This document shows positions 1-11,489 of a DNA stretch of 64,000 bases, piece by piece (within the stretch, counting starts at the first letter, position 1; every line of letters begins with the position of its first letter). Source of the stretch: Octopus sinensis (lineage: Eukaryota); assembly GCF_006345805.1 (NCBI RefSeq), contig NC_043003.1, forward strand, positions 68,882,001-68,946,000, written 5' to 3'. Both the position numbers and the translations under genes were made by a program. The notes under the pieces are model-generated. The model had not been told where the DNA came from. It saw only the letters and a list, made by a program, of their open reading frames with translations, and did not search any database.

Positions 1-200
1 AAGGGTAGAAATTGATATTAATCAATTAAAACCAGTGGCCTAGCATATTTAAAAAATCCGAAGATTAAATTATTTTTTACATACAAAATTTAAAGGACTG
101 ACCACTAGAGGTGGACGGTCAATATGCTAGATATAGACGTCAAAATCGCTATGACTGTCCACTTTTAGTGGTCAGTCCTTTAAATTTTGTATGTAAAAAA
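1..200. repeat. Asymmetric fold-back palindrome (Penelope-like pLTR end?), truncated by window start
   Basis: Arm 73-121 (ttttttacatacaaaatttaaaggactgaccacta...) is the reverse complement of 152-200 with ~3 mismatches. One-sided extension 1-72. Diverged homologue at ~17200-17857. Confidence 0.75.
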
Positions 201-230
201 TATACATACATACATACATACATACATATA

Positions 231-1426
231 CACAGGCATAGCAGAAGTAGATACCAATAAAACATTGATAGCACATTGTTTTATGTTTATTCTAACGAGA
301 AAAGATTTGTAGTTTTTATTAATTGACATTTTTTATGTTTGAGGTTCTGTATGTGTCTGTTTAATCAAACCATTTACAAAACAAGCCTTGGAACTGCCTG
401 AATTTCAAAGAGGTAGTATTGCGGGTCATTTCCAAGGCAGACAAAACGTAAAAACGCAGAAAATCTCGGGATCCCGCTTTCTACAGTTAATAGGGTGAGT
501 ACGCAATTCACCAGAGAGGGAAAGAAGTCCACATCACCTCACCCTGATCAACGAAGGACCTCTGACAGAACCCTACTATTTGTTAAGTGAAGTGTGGAGG
601 ATAATCCTCCTTGCGAGGCCTCTGACATATCAGAGCAGCTGTCAGGTATCTCCACAAACCTGATTGTTGTGGAGGAGCAGCAAGTAGGAAGCCACTTCTT
701 CGACCAGCCAACATCAAGCGGAGAGAAGGTCGGGCCAGTGTGATGGTGGAGAGTCCACTAGCATTTTGAGGCACTCTCATATTTCCTGCCAGTGGTTAAG
801 TGTGGGTCGGGAGACTCTGTGATCAGGAATTTGATGTGAAAAGATTGCAGCCAACAATGAAACACGGCAGCTATTCTGTGATGGTCTGGGGAGCAATTTA
901 GAGCAATGGTTGATCAGAGCTGGTGGAATGTGAAGGAAACATAAACTAAGGTAAATATGTGTCCATATTGCAGAAAGGATTACTTCCAATCTTCTCCGAG
1001 GGTAAAAGACGACTCTTTATTTATGAGAGATGAGACTCCTTGTCACGGCTAAAGTGACCACAAATTTGGTGGATGAGAATGCCATTAAAAAGCTTCCATG
1101 ATCAAGTCACCAGATATGAATCCTATTGAACACCTCGGGGACATAATGGACAGGAAACTTCATAAAAAGAACAAGAAAGCATCTTCAAAGCCAGATCTTT
1201 TGAGATTACTGCAAGAAACTCGGCAAGAAATTCCCCGAGAGAATATTTGTCAACTGATCAGTAAGATGCGTAAGAGGATCCTTGCATTCAAAAATGCAAA
1301 GGGAATGTCTACTAAATATTAAATATTCACATTATAACAATTAATAAATTATTTGAATGTATAATTTGAGATTTAAATAAGTTCTAATAATTATAAGGGT
1401 GTTTATTTACTTCTGTCACGTCTGTG
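231..1426 (+). mobile_element. Decayed Tc1-family DNA transposon
   Basis: TA-flanked imperfect TIRs (cacaggcatagcagaagtagata / tatttacttctgtcacgtctgtg), ~1.2 kb, with internal transposase remnants. Confidence 0.85.
391..1322 (+). pseudogene. Tc1 transposase remnant (DD34E type)
   Basis: Frame-hopping motifs [54 protein letters not shown]...AKGMSTKY (ORF 1098-1322). Confidence 0.85.
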
Positions 1427-1431
1427 TATAT

Positions 1432-1488
<57 letters not shown>

Positions 1489-1674
1489 GATACGTAAATG
1501 TCGAACGATGATAATGAGTGTTCAACACCGCATTGGTGGATATAATTTCTTTGTGAATTAAGGCTACCAATGGTTTCATAAGAAGAAAACTAGGAAAGTA
1601 TCCCAGTGTCTTAATTTCTCAAGGCGATCACATGGAGATAGGTGTTCGTGTCCAATTTGTAAAACACAGCCTGT

Positions 1675-1722
<48 letters not shown>

Positions 1723-1923
1723 ATGTATATATATATATATATATATGTGTGTGTATATACATATATATATATGTATTTATTTATTTATTTATTTATTCAT
1801 ATATATATATATATATATATAAGCAATATCCAACAGACATTTTATGCATGTATGTTCTTTTGTTCTCAGGTCGACTCCGATTCGAATCATTTGAGAGGAG
1901 CGACGAGACAACTCACGAAAGGA

Positions 1924-1970
1924 ACGATAGGCATCGATGTTCCGTCATTTTTGTGACTTATCAATATCAC
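1924..1970 (-). ncRNA. Type I hammerhead ribozyme motif, U3-A8 core intact, GAAA and GUC mutated
   Basis: Reverse complement reads gtgata|TTGATAA|gtca-caaaaa-tgac|GGAA|catcgatg|CC|tatcgt. Confidence 0.65.
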
Positions 1971-2140
1971 ACACTCGAACTGAGCCCAAGGGAAAGTCAT
2001 GTCCTTCGCTCATAAACGGGACGCAAGGTGAGTTGTCTCACCCGTCCATGATTGACCTTCATGTGTTTTAACAGCTGATGCTTTGTGAGTCATCTCCAAT
2101 GCGTCCGTCGAAAAGCAGCTATGGGTTCGGTTCGGGTACA

Positions 2141-2185
2141 TGATGTTAATAAGTCACACAAATGACGAAACATCGATGTCCATCA
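2141..2185 (+). ncRNA. Type I hammerhead ribozyme motif, U3-A8 variant, G5 mutated
   Basis: tgatg|TTAATAA|gtca-cacaaa-tgac|GAAA|catcgatg|TC|catca: stems I and II and palindromic stem III pair perfectly. Confidence 0.7.
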
Positions 2186-2270
2186 CTCCTGAATGAGGCG
2201 TAAGGAGAGTTGTCTCACCTGTTCACGACTGGTGTTTAACTGGTGTTTAACAGCCAGCGTTTTGAGGAAG

Positions 2271-2752
2271 TCAAATTAGCTGCCCAGCAGATGTTAACAT
2301 AAAGCTGAAAAGGAGAACACCTATGATGAACTATTGCAAAATCTACAGTTAATCTACCCAGATTACAAGTCCAGGTTTATACCTGCAACTATTGGGGCCC
2401 TGGGATATGTAACACACTGCCTAAATACCAATTTTGTGAAACTGGGCCTCTCAGGACCAGAAAAGAGAAAGAAGACTACAGATCCAATCCATCACTGAAC
2501 TGTAAAAGTCTGTAAAACTTTCCAGAAGTTTATCATTTAAATATATATGAGCCTGTCTAGATATGTAGCTATATGCATGAGAATACATACATATAGCATA
2601 CAAATCTTCACATACATACGTACACACAAACAAAAGTACCCAATTGCTGATGTTGAAATTTCAATGGAGGAGCCTTGGATCTAGATTAGAAACCAGTTCT
2701 TTCTCTATTGGCAAGAAATCTTGAAATAAAACTGAACAATGACATACATACA
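2271..2752 (+). mobile_element. Dong/R4-clade LINE 3' end (restriction-like endonuclease C-terminus and 3' UTR)
   Basis: Translates CPADVNIK...YDELLQNLQLIYPDYK..FIPATIGALGYV...VKVCKTFQKFII*. The 3' UTR ends aataaaactgaacaatga-(CATA)n. Confidence 0.75.
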
Positions 2753-2753
2753 T

Positions 2754-3180
2754 AATGAGCTATTCACAGTAACATCGATCATGAAAGCAGTTTATCATGG
2801 CCGAATAGCCGGATTACTACCTCCCACTTTGAAGGGTATGCGTTTGAAATCCAGGAACAGGAAATATTAACCAAGTACCTGATTCACACAAGGGATAGAG
2901 ATGCAGGAAAAGCAGTAGAAAATGACAACCGATGCAGGCTTTGTGGAGTTCACACTGAAGATATCACCCACATCACAAGCAGTTGTCAGAAAATATATGT
3001 GAGCAGGTCAGGATATATAACTATATGCATGAGAATACATATATAAAACATACAAATCTGCACACATACGTACATACATACAAAAATACCCTGTCGTTAA
3101 AGTTGAAATTCCAATGAAAGAGCCTTGGACCTAGGTTAGAAACCAGTTCTTGAAATTACCTAAATAACGACATACATACA
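2754..3180 (+). mobile_element. Dong/R4-clade LINE fragment, internally deleted
   Basis: TSHFEGYAFEIQEQEI...CRLCGVHTEDITHITSSC (CCHC knuckle) joined directly to the same 3' UTR and (CATA)n. Confidence 0.8.
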
Positions 3181-3264
3181 TGCAAGAATGCCTATATTTG
3201 CGTGGACACATAATCACATATTACACAAACATGGATGCACACCTATATCGTTTTCTGTGCGTTT

Positions 3265-3341
<77 letters not shown>

Positions 3342-3941
3342 AGTAAACCCAAAATTGAAATCTATCAAACCGTAAACAGATGCACTGTGATCCAGTAAGG
3401 AATAGAATTGGACAACTAATCACGTAACACATGACTTGTAACCCCACTTGGCTAAGTACATTCACAACTTGGCAAACACCATGATTCTTCTAAAATTTAT
3501 ACGTTATTTTAGTCCTACGAAATGTATTCTTGAGATAAGAAGTTTTAAGACAGATATTAATGATATTTTCCTAATATAGAAATGAAGTGGAATTTGTTTG
3601 CAGTCAGAGTGAATACACTTTGTGACTTTCAGCTCTATTTTATAATGTTTTTGACCTAACCGTTGACACAAGACAAATAAATTTGAAAATAGTCGTACTT
3701 GTCTGTGCGCGCGTGTGAGTTTGTGTGTATGTCTGTGACTGTCTGTCCGTCTGTCTGCCTGTGCGGTTGTGGTGGGGGGAATGAAGACAGAAAGTTAGAA
3801 TGGACTAATACGGATGGGAGACTTGCGCCTCTGCATACTTCATTAAATTTTTGTTTATTGCAACTTATTTCAAGAAAACACGTAAACCTATGTTTTCGCA
3901 CACATAACCCTATGCAGACACAAACACAGGCATTCATCAAT

Positions 3942-3972
<31 letters not shown>

Positions 3973-3990
3973 CACTCATATATATATATA

Positions 3991-4155
3991 GGTATAGACG
4001 TGGCTGTGTGGTAAGGAATTTGCTTCCGAACCACATGATTCCGGGTCCTTCCTAATGTTTAGTAACTTGAAAAAGTGTCTTCTACTATATAGCCACGAGT
4101 CGACCAAAGACTAGAGAGTGAATTCGGTAGACAGAAACTGAAAGAAGCCTGCCCT
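3991..4155 (+). mobile_element. tRNA-derived SINE, family A (head)
   Basis: gtggctgtgtggtaag A-box ... gtagacagaaactgaaagaagcc; many copies in this window. Confidence 0.8.
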
Positions 4156-4264
4156 ATGTTTGTGTGTGTGTGTGTGTCAGTGTGTGTATGTGTCTGTAAA
4201 TGTGTATCGATGTGTATCTGTGTTTGTGTAGGTCTGTGCAAGTGTCTGTATACACGCAAACACA

Positions 4265-4310
<46 letters not shown>

Positions 4311-4311
<1 letters not shown>

Positions 4312-4678
4312 TAGCAGTATCGCCCGGCGTTGCTCGGGTTTGTAAGGGAAATAACTATAAAGCATTTTTAGAGAGTTATAGCCAAAAAATGGAAAAAACA
4401 TTATGGTAATTTTTTTTTTAGTTAAAAAGGTCGAGTTGCGTCCCCTAGACAATCTGTTGTTTGTGTTTCTAATTCTCGACCCCATGTCGAAATTATCGAT
4501 TTTTTTTCAGAACTGGGGGAACTTTTCAAAATTTTCGCTGCGTTAGTTTTGAATTATGACATTGGGCTATGTGTGTGTCAAGTTTCATCAGAATCGGTTG
4601 AAAGCCGTGGTCAGGGTGAGGGTACAACCTAACAGACACACAGAAACACACACACACAAACTGCCGTTTATATATAGA
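4311..4678 (-). mobile_element. Non-autonomous Helitron
   Basis: On the minus strand: 5' TC start, internal (TG)n/(TCTG)-rich tract, 3' GC hairpin cccgagcaacgccggg followed by CTAG. Sits in an A|T site in (TA)n with no TSD. Confidence 0.85.
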
Positions 4679-4892
4679 TATATATATATATATGCCTTTA
4701 TCTATAAGTGTATATGTAGAAATGTATAGATATATATATATATACATGCATGATCTTATATTATTTTATGCATTTCATCCTAGAGACTGTGGACATGCTG
4801 GAGCACTGCCAGTATCACTATGTTTTCAATGGTCACTCCTATGTACTTGGTTTTTGGATACAGGTGTTTAATATTTATTTCATTATTGCCCA

Positions 4893-5107
4893 GAGGGGGA
4901 TAAAAAGGGAGGGGACAAACAAGGATAGACAAAAGGATTAAGTCGATTACATCGACCCCAGTGCGTAACTTGTACTTATTTAATCAACCCCGAAAGGATG
5001 AAAGGCAAAGTCGACCTCAAATGAATTTGCCCTCAGAACGTAACGGCAGACGAAATACCGCTAAGTATTTTGCCCGGCGTGCTAACGATTCAGCCAGCTC
5101 GACGCCG
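4893..5107 (-). mobile_element. tRNA-derived SINE, family B (Nin/Deu-like core)
   Basis: Reverse complement gagctggctgaatcgttagc...gtcgactttgcctttcatcctttcgggg...aagtac. Confidence 0.8.
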
Positions 5108-5149
5108 TAAGAGTTTAATATTACTGCCGTCGTTTGAATTTCTTACCCT

Positions 5150-6720
5150 GAGATTGGCCCATCAGGGATCATGGGCACCCGAGGGTCATCTACTCTCCTC
5201 CTCCCATTCCATATAGATCTCTCAGTTTTTTTTTAGCAAGATATTAATTAGCCATGTGCCTTTGAATCTCAAGCTATTTCAGTACCTAGTCATTACTGTA
5301 GACAGAATGGACGAGTCCTTTGAAATAGCACAGTGGCCTCCTGTTAGAAGTCCATTATAACTCTCGATGATAAAATTTGTTTCCTGTCCTTCCATATGTA
5401 TATCATTGCATATCTCTGCCATCTTCGATCCAGTGAGTAGAGTGGTAATATTTTCAGTCTCTCCCAGTAAATCAACTGTTTCATTGATGCAACTGCCTTC
5501 CGGTGTTAAATTGAAACTATGGTGCGTCCATGTTGAAATCAACAATCCAGACGGTTAAGAGTGGATGGCTATATAACTGACGGCATGTCTGAGATGGCTC
5601 CAAGACTGTTCCCTGAGGCGATCCACTCACGGTTAATTAATGTCTCCTTAGATAGGGCTCCTAAGCTGACACAGTCTGACTTCAATTTTTCTTTTTCATT
5701 TTTTTTAAGAAGCCATGTAACTACTCGCCTTCTTTTCGAATTATGCCGAGTCTCTGGAACTTGTGACATGTCATCCGATGAACCACCTCATCAAAAACCT
5801 TTGCAATATCTAAATATATCATACCAACGTTTGAGTGATCCATAAGTTACTTCAACACCCAGTCATAATGCATCATAAGTGCGTAAGACAGCTTCCACCA
5901 GAGAAGCCATGTTTGTTGTCAGGAAGAAAATCATTTTTTGTCAGGGAACAAATTCCTTCTGGCAATGCGTTCCATGACTCTGCTGGTATGGGATGTTAAA
6001 GACCCAGGCCATTTGTTTTTATCACTTGTTCTGCTTCCTCCTATATGGACAGGACAAATCATGCTTTTCTTCTAATATATTTTTGGGACGCCTAGCTTTT
6101 AGGAAGTCTAGCGCTTGCAATGATACTTTGAAAAAGGATCTGCAGTGTTCTTGTTAAAGCCCCTTTGCATTTTGTAGGACGATTGCCGGGAACCTATCAG
6201 GGACTATGGCTGATATAACATCAGTTTCATGCATCTTGGAATAATCGATAATTACCATCTCTTTGTGTAGAGTTATTGTGTCAAAGAACTCGATCGGTAT
6301 ATGTATTTGAAAGTATCCCAATGAAGATGCGAAAATACTTTTGAAATGCATATTCCGTATTTCACTTGTCCTTTGAGGATTCTACAGTCAGTGAACCATT
6401 TTCTGCGAACAATGGTTCTACCTTGCACCATGTTGAAGCAGACTTTTTTGCAAATCTATAGAATACTTTAGTAGTCTTCACCTTACTACAGCTCGGGCTT
6501 CTTTTTCTGCTCTCTTCTTTAAATGAGAGTACTTGAATTCACTTTTAATATCAAAATGTTCTTTTGAGATAAGGATATTTCAATGGCTCATTTAGGCTCA
6601 TTAGATCAGAGAATTTTTGTTAGTCATCTCATTATAATTTTATCTCCAGAAATATGGTTTTCTGTCGATTTCACATTGTCTCTGGAGCTGACCTACTGCA
6701 TATATTTTGCTTGATTATTA
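5150..6720 (-). mobile_element. CR1-group LINE ORF2 debris
   Basis: KVFYRFAKK..KVEPL..NGSLT..HFKSIF linker, and C-terminal NFIIESYN..GGHCAISK..TRY*NSLRFKG, homologous to 31265-31900. Confidence 0.65.
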
Positions 6721-6879
6721 TATCCATTGTAACTTTATGTGCTTCAGTGTGGCCACGGTCAAATAACTGAAACAAGTAAAAGAATAAAAAATAAGGGCCA
6801 ATCTATTCCAGTACTATTCTACTATGTTATGACCCGCAAAAATCGTTGGTATCACTTTAATACTATGGATACGAGAGTG

Positions 6880-7135
6880 AACGACCGTGGAATTGCACAA
6901 GGCCAGCAGTCGCTGATACATACCAGTCTCCCCTCACCACACCACTGATGTTATCCAAGGGCCGATACAGCTTGGAACCAGTGATGTCGCAACTCATTTC
7001 TACAGCTGAGTTAACCGGAACAACGTGAAATAAAGTGTCTTGATCAAGAACACAACACGCAGCCCAGTCTAGGAATCGAACACCCGACCTCACGATCGTA
7101 AGCTCGACGATCTAACCAATGAGCCATGCGCCTTC
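6880..7135 (-). mobile_element. tRNA-derived SINE, family C
   Basis: Reverse complement of ggcgcatggctc..gttagatcgtcgagcttacgatcgtgagg..gtgttgtgttcttgatcaagacacttt; matches 30631-30968. Confidence 0.8.
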
Positions 7136-7298
7136 ACACTATCGATAAAGCGCCTTGTTATTTGTGAATCAGAGTCGCAGGAGATTTGCTTTATGTAAAG
7201 CATAGTTGTGGGATCGATCTAATCGACTGACTGGTCTCCTCCCCCAAAATTTCGAGCCTTGTGCCTATAGTAGAAAAGATTATTATTATTATTATTAA

Positions 7299-7732
7299 AG
7301 CGGCGAGCTGGCAGAATCGTTAGCATGCTGGGCGAAATGCTTACCGGTATTTCGTCTGCCGCTACGTTCTGAGTTCAAATTCCGCCGAGGTCGACTTTGC
7401 CTTTCATCCTTTCGGGGTCGATTAAATAAGTACCAGTTACGCACTGGGGTCGATATAATCGACTTAATCCGTTTGTCTGTCCTTGTTTTTCCTCTCTGTG
7501 TTTAGCCCCTTGTGGGTTGTAAAAAAATAGGTATTTAAAGGCGGCGAGCTGGCAGAATCGTTACCGGTATTTTGTCTGCCGCTACGTTCTGAGTTCAAAT
7601 TCTGCCGAGGTCAACTTTGCCTTTCATCCTATCGGGTTTGATAACGTAAGTACCAGTTGCATACTGGGATCGATCTAATCGACTTGTCCCCTCCCCCAAA
7701 ATTTCGGGCCCTGTGCCAAGAGTAGAAAAGAA
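7299..7732 (+). mobile_element. Two tandem family-B SINEs with different tails
   Basis: Heads gcggcgagctggcagaatcgtta at ~7299 and ~7540. Confidence 0.85.
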
Positions 7733-7749
7733 TATGTAATATCAGTGTG

Positions 7750-8512
7750 TCACAGACTGTGTTAAAGTGGTAGCAACAACACAACAGGCATGTTGTCTTC
7801 TTTGATGTACATCGTAACTACAAAATAAGTTCTTTCATTCCTCTCAGTTCCAAATGCAACGTTCGGCGATATGTGTATTTCTGTATTTGCTATGTCAATA
7901 ATCAGATACGTTTCTGTTAGTGCCCTTCATACTAGCTTCCTTACGCTTCTTGGCACAATTTCCAAAGATGCCTGCTGGTTAGCTGCTACTGCCCGCACTG
8001 TGTCTCTATTACTTTGTTTTGGAAACAATAATTGGAACATCCACATATTTCCAAGATGGAGACGGTATGTGTTATGACTTTATATTGTACGCCTGTCGAT
8101 CCTGTTCCTTCGGGAGCAATTCTGTCGGGGACTGAAGTGAGAAAAAAAGAGCACCGTCCGTACATGTCTTGGGAGGAGCAACCCGCAGCCTGCACCCTGG
8201 TCTCTCTCCCAGCAGATTCTGTATATAAAGAACATTCAGACTATTTGGGTTTTCTTTTCCCCGGGACATTTATTTTCGTGAGTTCTACTTTCTTTTATCT
8301 TTGCACTAACTTTTGAGCAACGGTCACCTTCAGCTCGTTCCGATTGCTTTTGTCCTCATCTTTGTGTTCTTTGGCTCTTCCTGGAGGCTTTTAGATTTTG
8401 CTGCAGGTGTTTTCCTTCGGTTTAAAGTTGACCAGAGTGGTGGTTATACTGTCTGTTTTGTTCCCTTCCCTCACATCATCACTTTGACCTTCTCAGATTT
8501 CTTTCTCAAATT

Positions 8513-8514
<2 letters not shown>
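7750..8514 (-). mobile_element. Possible very decayed Tx1/L1-type ORF1 remnant starting at a (TC)n tract
   Basis: Basic low-complexity N-terminus and weak similarity (MYGRCSFFLTSVPDRI; terminal TCLLC) to the ORF1s at 23374 and 34960; many stops. Confidence 0.3.
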
Positions 8515-8568
<54 letters not shown>

Positions 8569-8714
8569 CCCCTCTCTCTCTCTCTCCCTCTCTCTCTCCC
8601 TCTCTCTCTCTCTTTCTCTCTGTATGTGTGTGTGCGTGCATATACGTACATTCATGGTATGTCCGTCTGTGTATGAGTATGTGCGCGCGTACCTTTGAAT
8701 ATGCATAAATGCTA

Positions 8715-8814
<100 letters not shown>

Positions 8815-9927
8815 ATATAAAATATATTTCTGTGTGTATACGTGCGTTTCTATATGAATGTAGATCTTTATTACGGTTATAGTTATGTGTTTCAGTTACA
8901 CAGTAGCCCACCTGAATCTTTTCTCGTCTAATTACTTCGAATTCAAGATTATATCAGCAGTTACATCCATGTCTCGTTTTGTTATTTTCATTTTCTCTTT
9001 CTTTTGGCCATTTTTTCGGTGGGGTGTTTCTCTCTTGTTTTTGTTTTCTTAAAAAACGTTTTTCTAATTTCGGTTTCAATATTTATTCCATTTTAAAATT
9101 CTTTAATCTATTTTCGGTTATTTCCCAATGTTTTAAGTAAGACATTTTTCACTTCTTTACGCTGTTTCTTCGAATATCTTCCCAGCTATTCGAAGAGGAG
9201 AGGAAGTTGTTTACAATGTATAAGGCTTGACGCAGTAAAAAGAAACGGAACAAAAAGTCAAAACCATACCTATTCTTTTTTTTCTTTATTTTTTCACTTT
9301 CTTGAAGTCGGAGACAAAATTTTTGTTTTTACCATTTTATTTTGTATATTTTGGCTTTGTATTTGGTATGTTTTCTTCGGCTTTTCTCTTATTGATGTTA
9401 CAACATTCGTCGTACGACTAAGGTTGTTGTTGCTGCGATTGCTTTTCATTTTTGTTCCTTCATGCTGTCTCCAGTTTGTCGCGTTTTTCATTCTTATTCT
9501 TTTGATATACTGAATCCTTTTGAATATTACACTTCAACTATTTTTTTCCGGCAACATTTTATACCATAGACACACTCCCAAATACAAACAAACACAAGCA
9601 CACACAAACACACACTCACATTTTGTCCGATTAAATGAATACCAAAACCACGTATTTATTCACTAGTATACATAGAAAACACACCCGCTGACACAAACAG
9701 GAAAACAGATTCCTGCATACACACATATCATATGTACGTTCGTGCCTGTGTATGTATGTAAATACATATATGCGGGTGTATGTGTGCGACTATTAATATA
9801 GAAATTTATACCATATACACATGTATATATACGTGTATACGTGTGTCTACGTGTATGCTGGTATACATGCACATACATATAAATGTAAAAACACACACAT
9901 TGACACGTACACAATTATATATGCTTG

Positions 9928-9969
<42 letters not shown>

Positions 9970-9991
9970 CAAGCATACATAATTGTGTACG

Positions 9992-10725
9992 TGTTTGTGT
10001 CTGCCTTCCAATTGCTGTTTTTACTGAGATCTCCCTTTTTAGTAGAAGAAATAGCTATAACCCTTTGACTGCTATTTCTAAATTCGGTATGTGGTAAGGC
10101 AATTCGTTGCTAAACCCTTTATTGCTTAGTATTACTTAAATTTTCCTCGAATGAGGCTTTTACATGCCGAAGACTACTTGGTGTAATTGATAATTATTCC
10201 AAATTAATTAATTTCACCCTTCATTATTACGGATAACCATATTTTATCTCAGTAGATGACCACAGCATCTTGTTTTGGCTACACGCGGGTGGGAAGGGGC
10301 TGGTGACACAATCTTTTCATTCACACTTTGAATTTGGTGATACTAGTTGCGGATTCTAGCTCGCTCTGATACTGAGTTGAGTTGGTGCCTTCTAGTATCT
10401 CAAAATTCAATATATAATCATTTATGATTATAGTATTCTACGCTGAAGAGAAAAGAAGTTTGGGTAAGGTAGAATTATTTAATATTTAATTCTTATGCTT
10501 TCCTAAAAACTTGATTTCGAAACGTGCGTCCGTAGATAACTTAAAATTGTATGATAGATTGCCGTCTATTCATTCTCTCTTACCTGTTTGTGTCTGCCTT
10601 CCAATTGCTGTTTTTACTGAGATCTCCCTTTTTAGTAGAAGAAATAGCTATAACCCTTTGACTGCTATTTCTAAATTCGGTATGTGGTAAGGCAATTCGT
10701 TGCTAAACCCTTTATTGCTTAGTAT
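9992..10725 (+). mobile_element. Retrozyme-like/Penelope pLTR-like element: 593-nt period, 141-bp direct terminal repeat, one HHR
   Basis: 9992-10132 and 10585-10725 read identical. No ORF, multiple internal hairpins, ends in (TA)n. Confidence 0.8.
10437..10536 (+). ncRNA. Type I hammerhead ribozyme with extended stem II
   Basis: tctacg|CTGAAGA|gaaa...(~69-nt hairpin)...tttc|GAAA|cgtgcg|TC|cgtaga. All core nucleotides intact; predicted cleavage after C10530. Confidence 0.85.
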
Positions 10726-10793
10726 ATATATATATATATATATAATATATATATATTACATTGTATATACATGTATACTTATATAAATATATA

Positions 10794-10832
<39 letters not shown>

Positions 10833-10856
10833 TTGTATATACATGTATACTTATAT

Positions 10857-10908
<52 letters not shown>

Positions 10909-11489
10909 TGTAAAACCATATATGCATACATACATACATACATATTGACGTTCTTGCCTGGCCGAGTTCATTTTCAAAATGATATCTTTATTGACAAGAG
11001 GAATCCGGTATTATTTATATATGTTGCACCATAGATTTTACCAGATATATTCGCATTCAATATAATGTATAATATATAAATGCATAAATACAAAAATACA
11101 GAAATAGTTTTTAACTGAATATTAAATTGAATACTTTTTTGTCATTTGAGATGTAATCTTGGATTGAATACAAAATATTATACGTGTTGTATTGTCATTC
11201 TGTTCTTATTTTCATTCATATAGTACAAAAATATTTATAGTAAGACGTAATTAAATACACTTCTGTAGAAAATATATTAAGATAAGTATATATTATGTTG
11301 TAACGATATCTTTCATTATTCATTTGGATTTCACTCTTTCAATTATTGATCTGCGGCCATTTTCGGGCTGCTCCTTGTGGGTTTTTGTTGCACACATCCA
11401 TCCCAGCACTTTTATGTTTGGTATTTATTCTATCGAACCACTATGCCTCAAGGACTTATATACATATATATTCTTTGATTCTTTTCTTT

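Larger units (their letters stand above)
1905..2270. mobile_element. Retrozyme-like 177-nt tandem unit plus inverted copy
   Basis: gagttgtctcacc recurs at 2030 and 2207 (period 177). 1905-1990 is an inverted copy of 2121-2216. One HHR-like motif in each orientation. Confidence 0.65.

Noticed and set aside
9180-9560. Possible minus-strand 5' exon with an AG|GTATGG donor (similar case at 36400-36610 on +)
   Set aside because: Donor-like motifs are common by chance and there is no supporting coding signal.
9992-10725. Direct repeats as LTR/TRIM or CRISPR
   Set aside because: No TG..CA ends, PBS, PPT or TSD, and only two long repeats in eukaryotic DNA.
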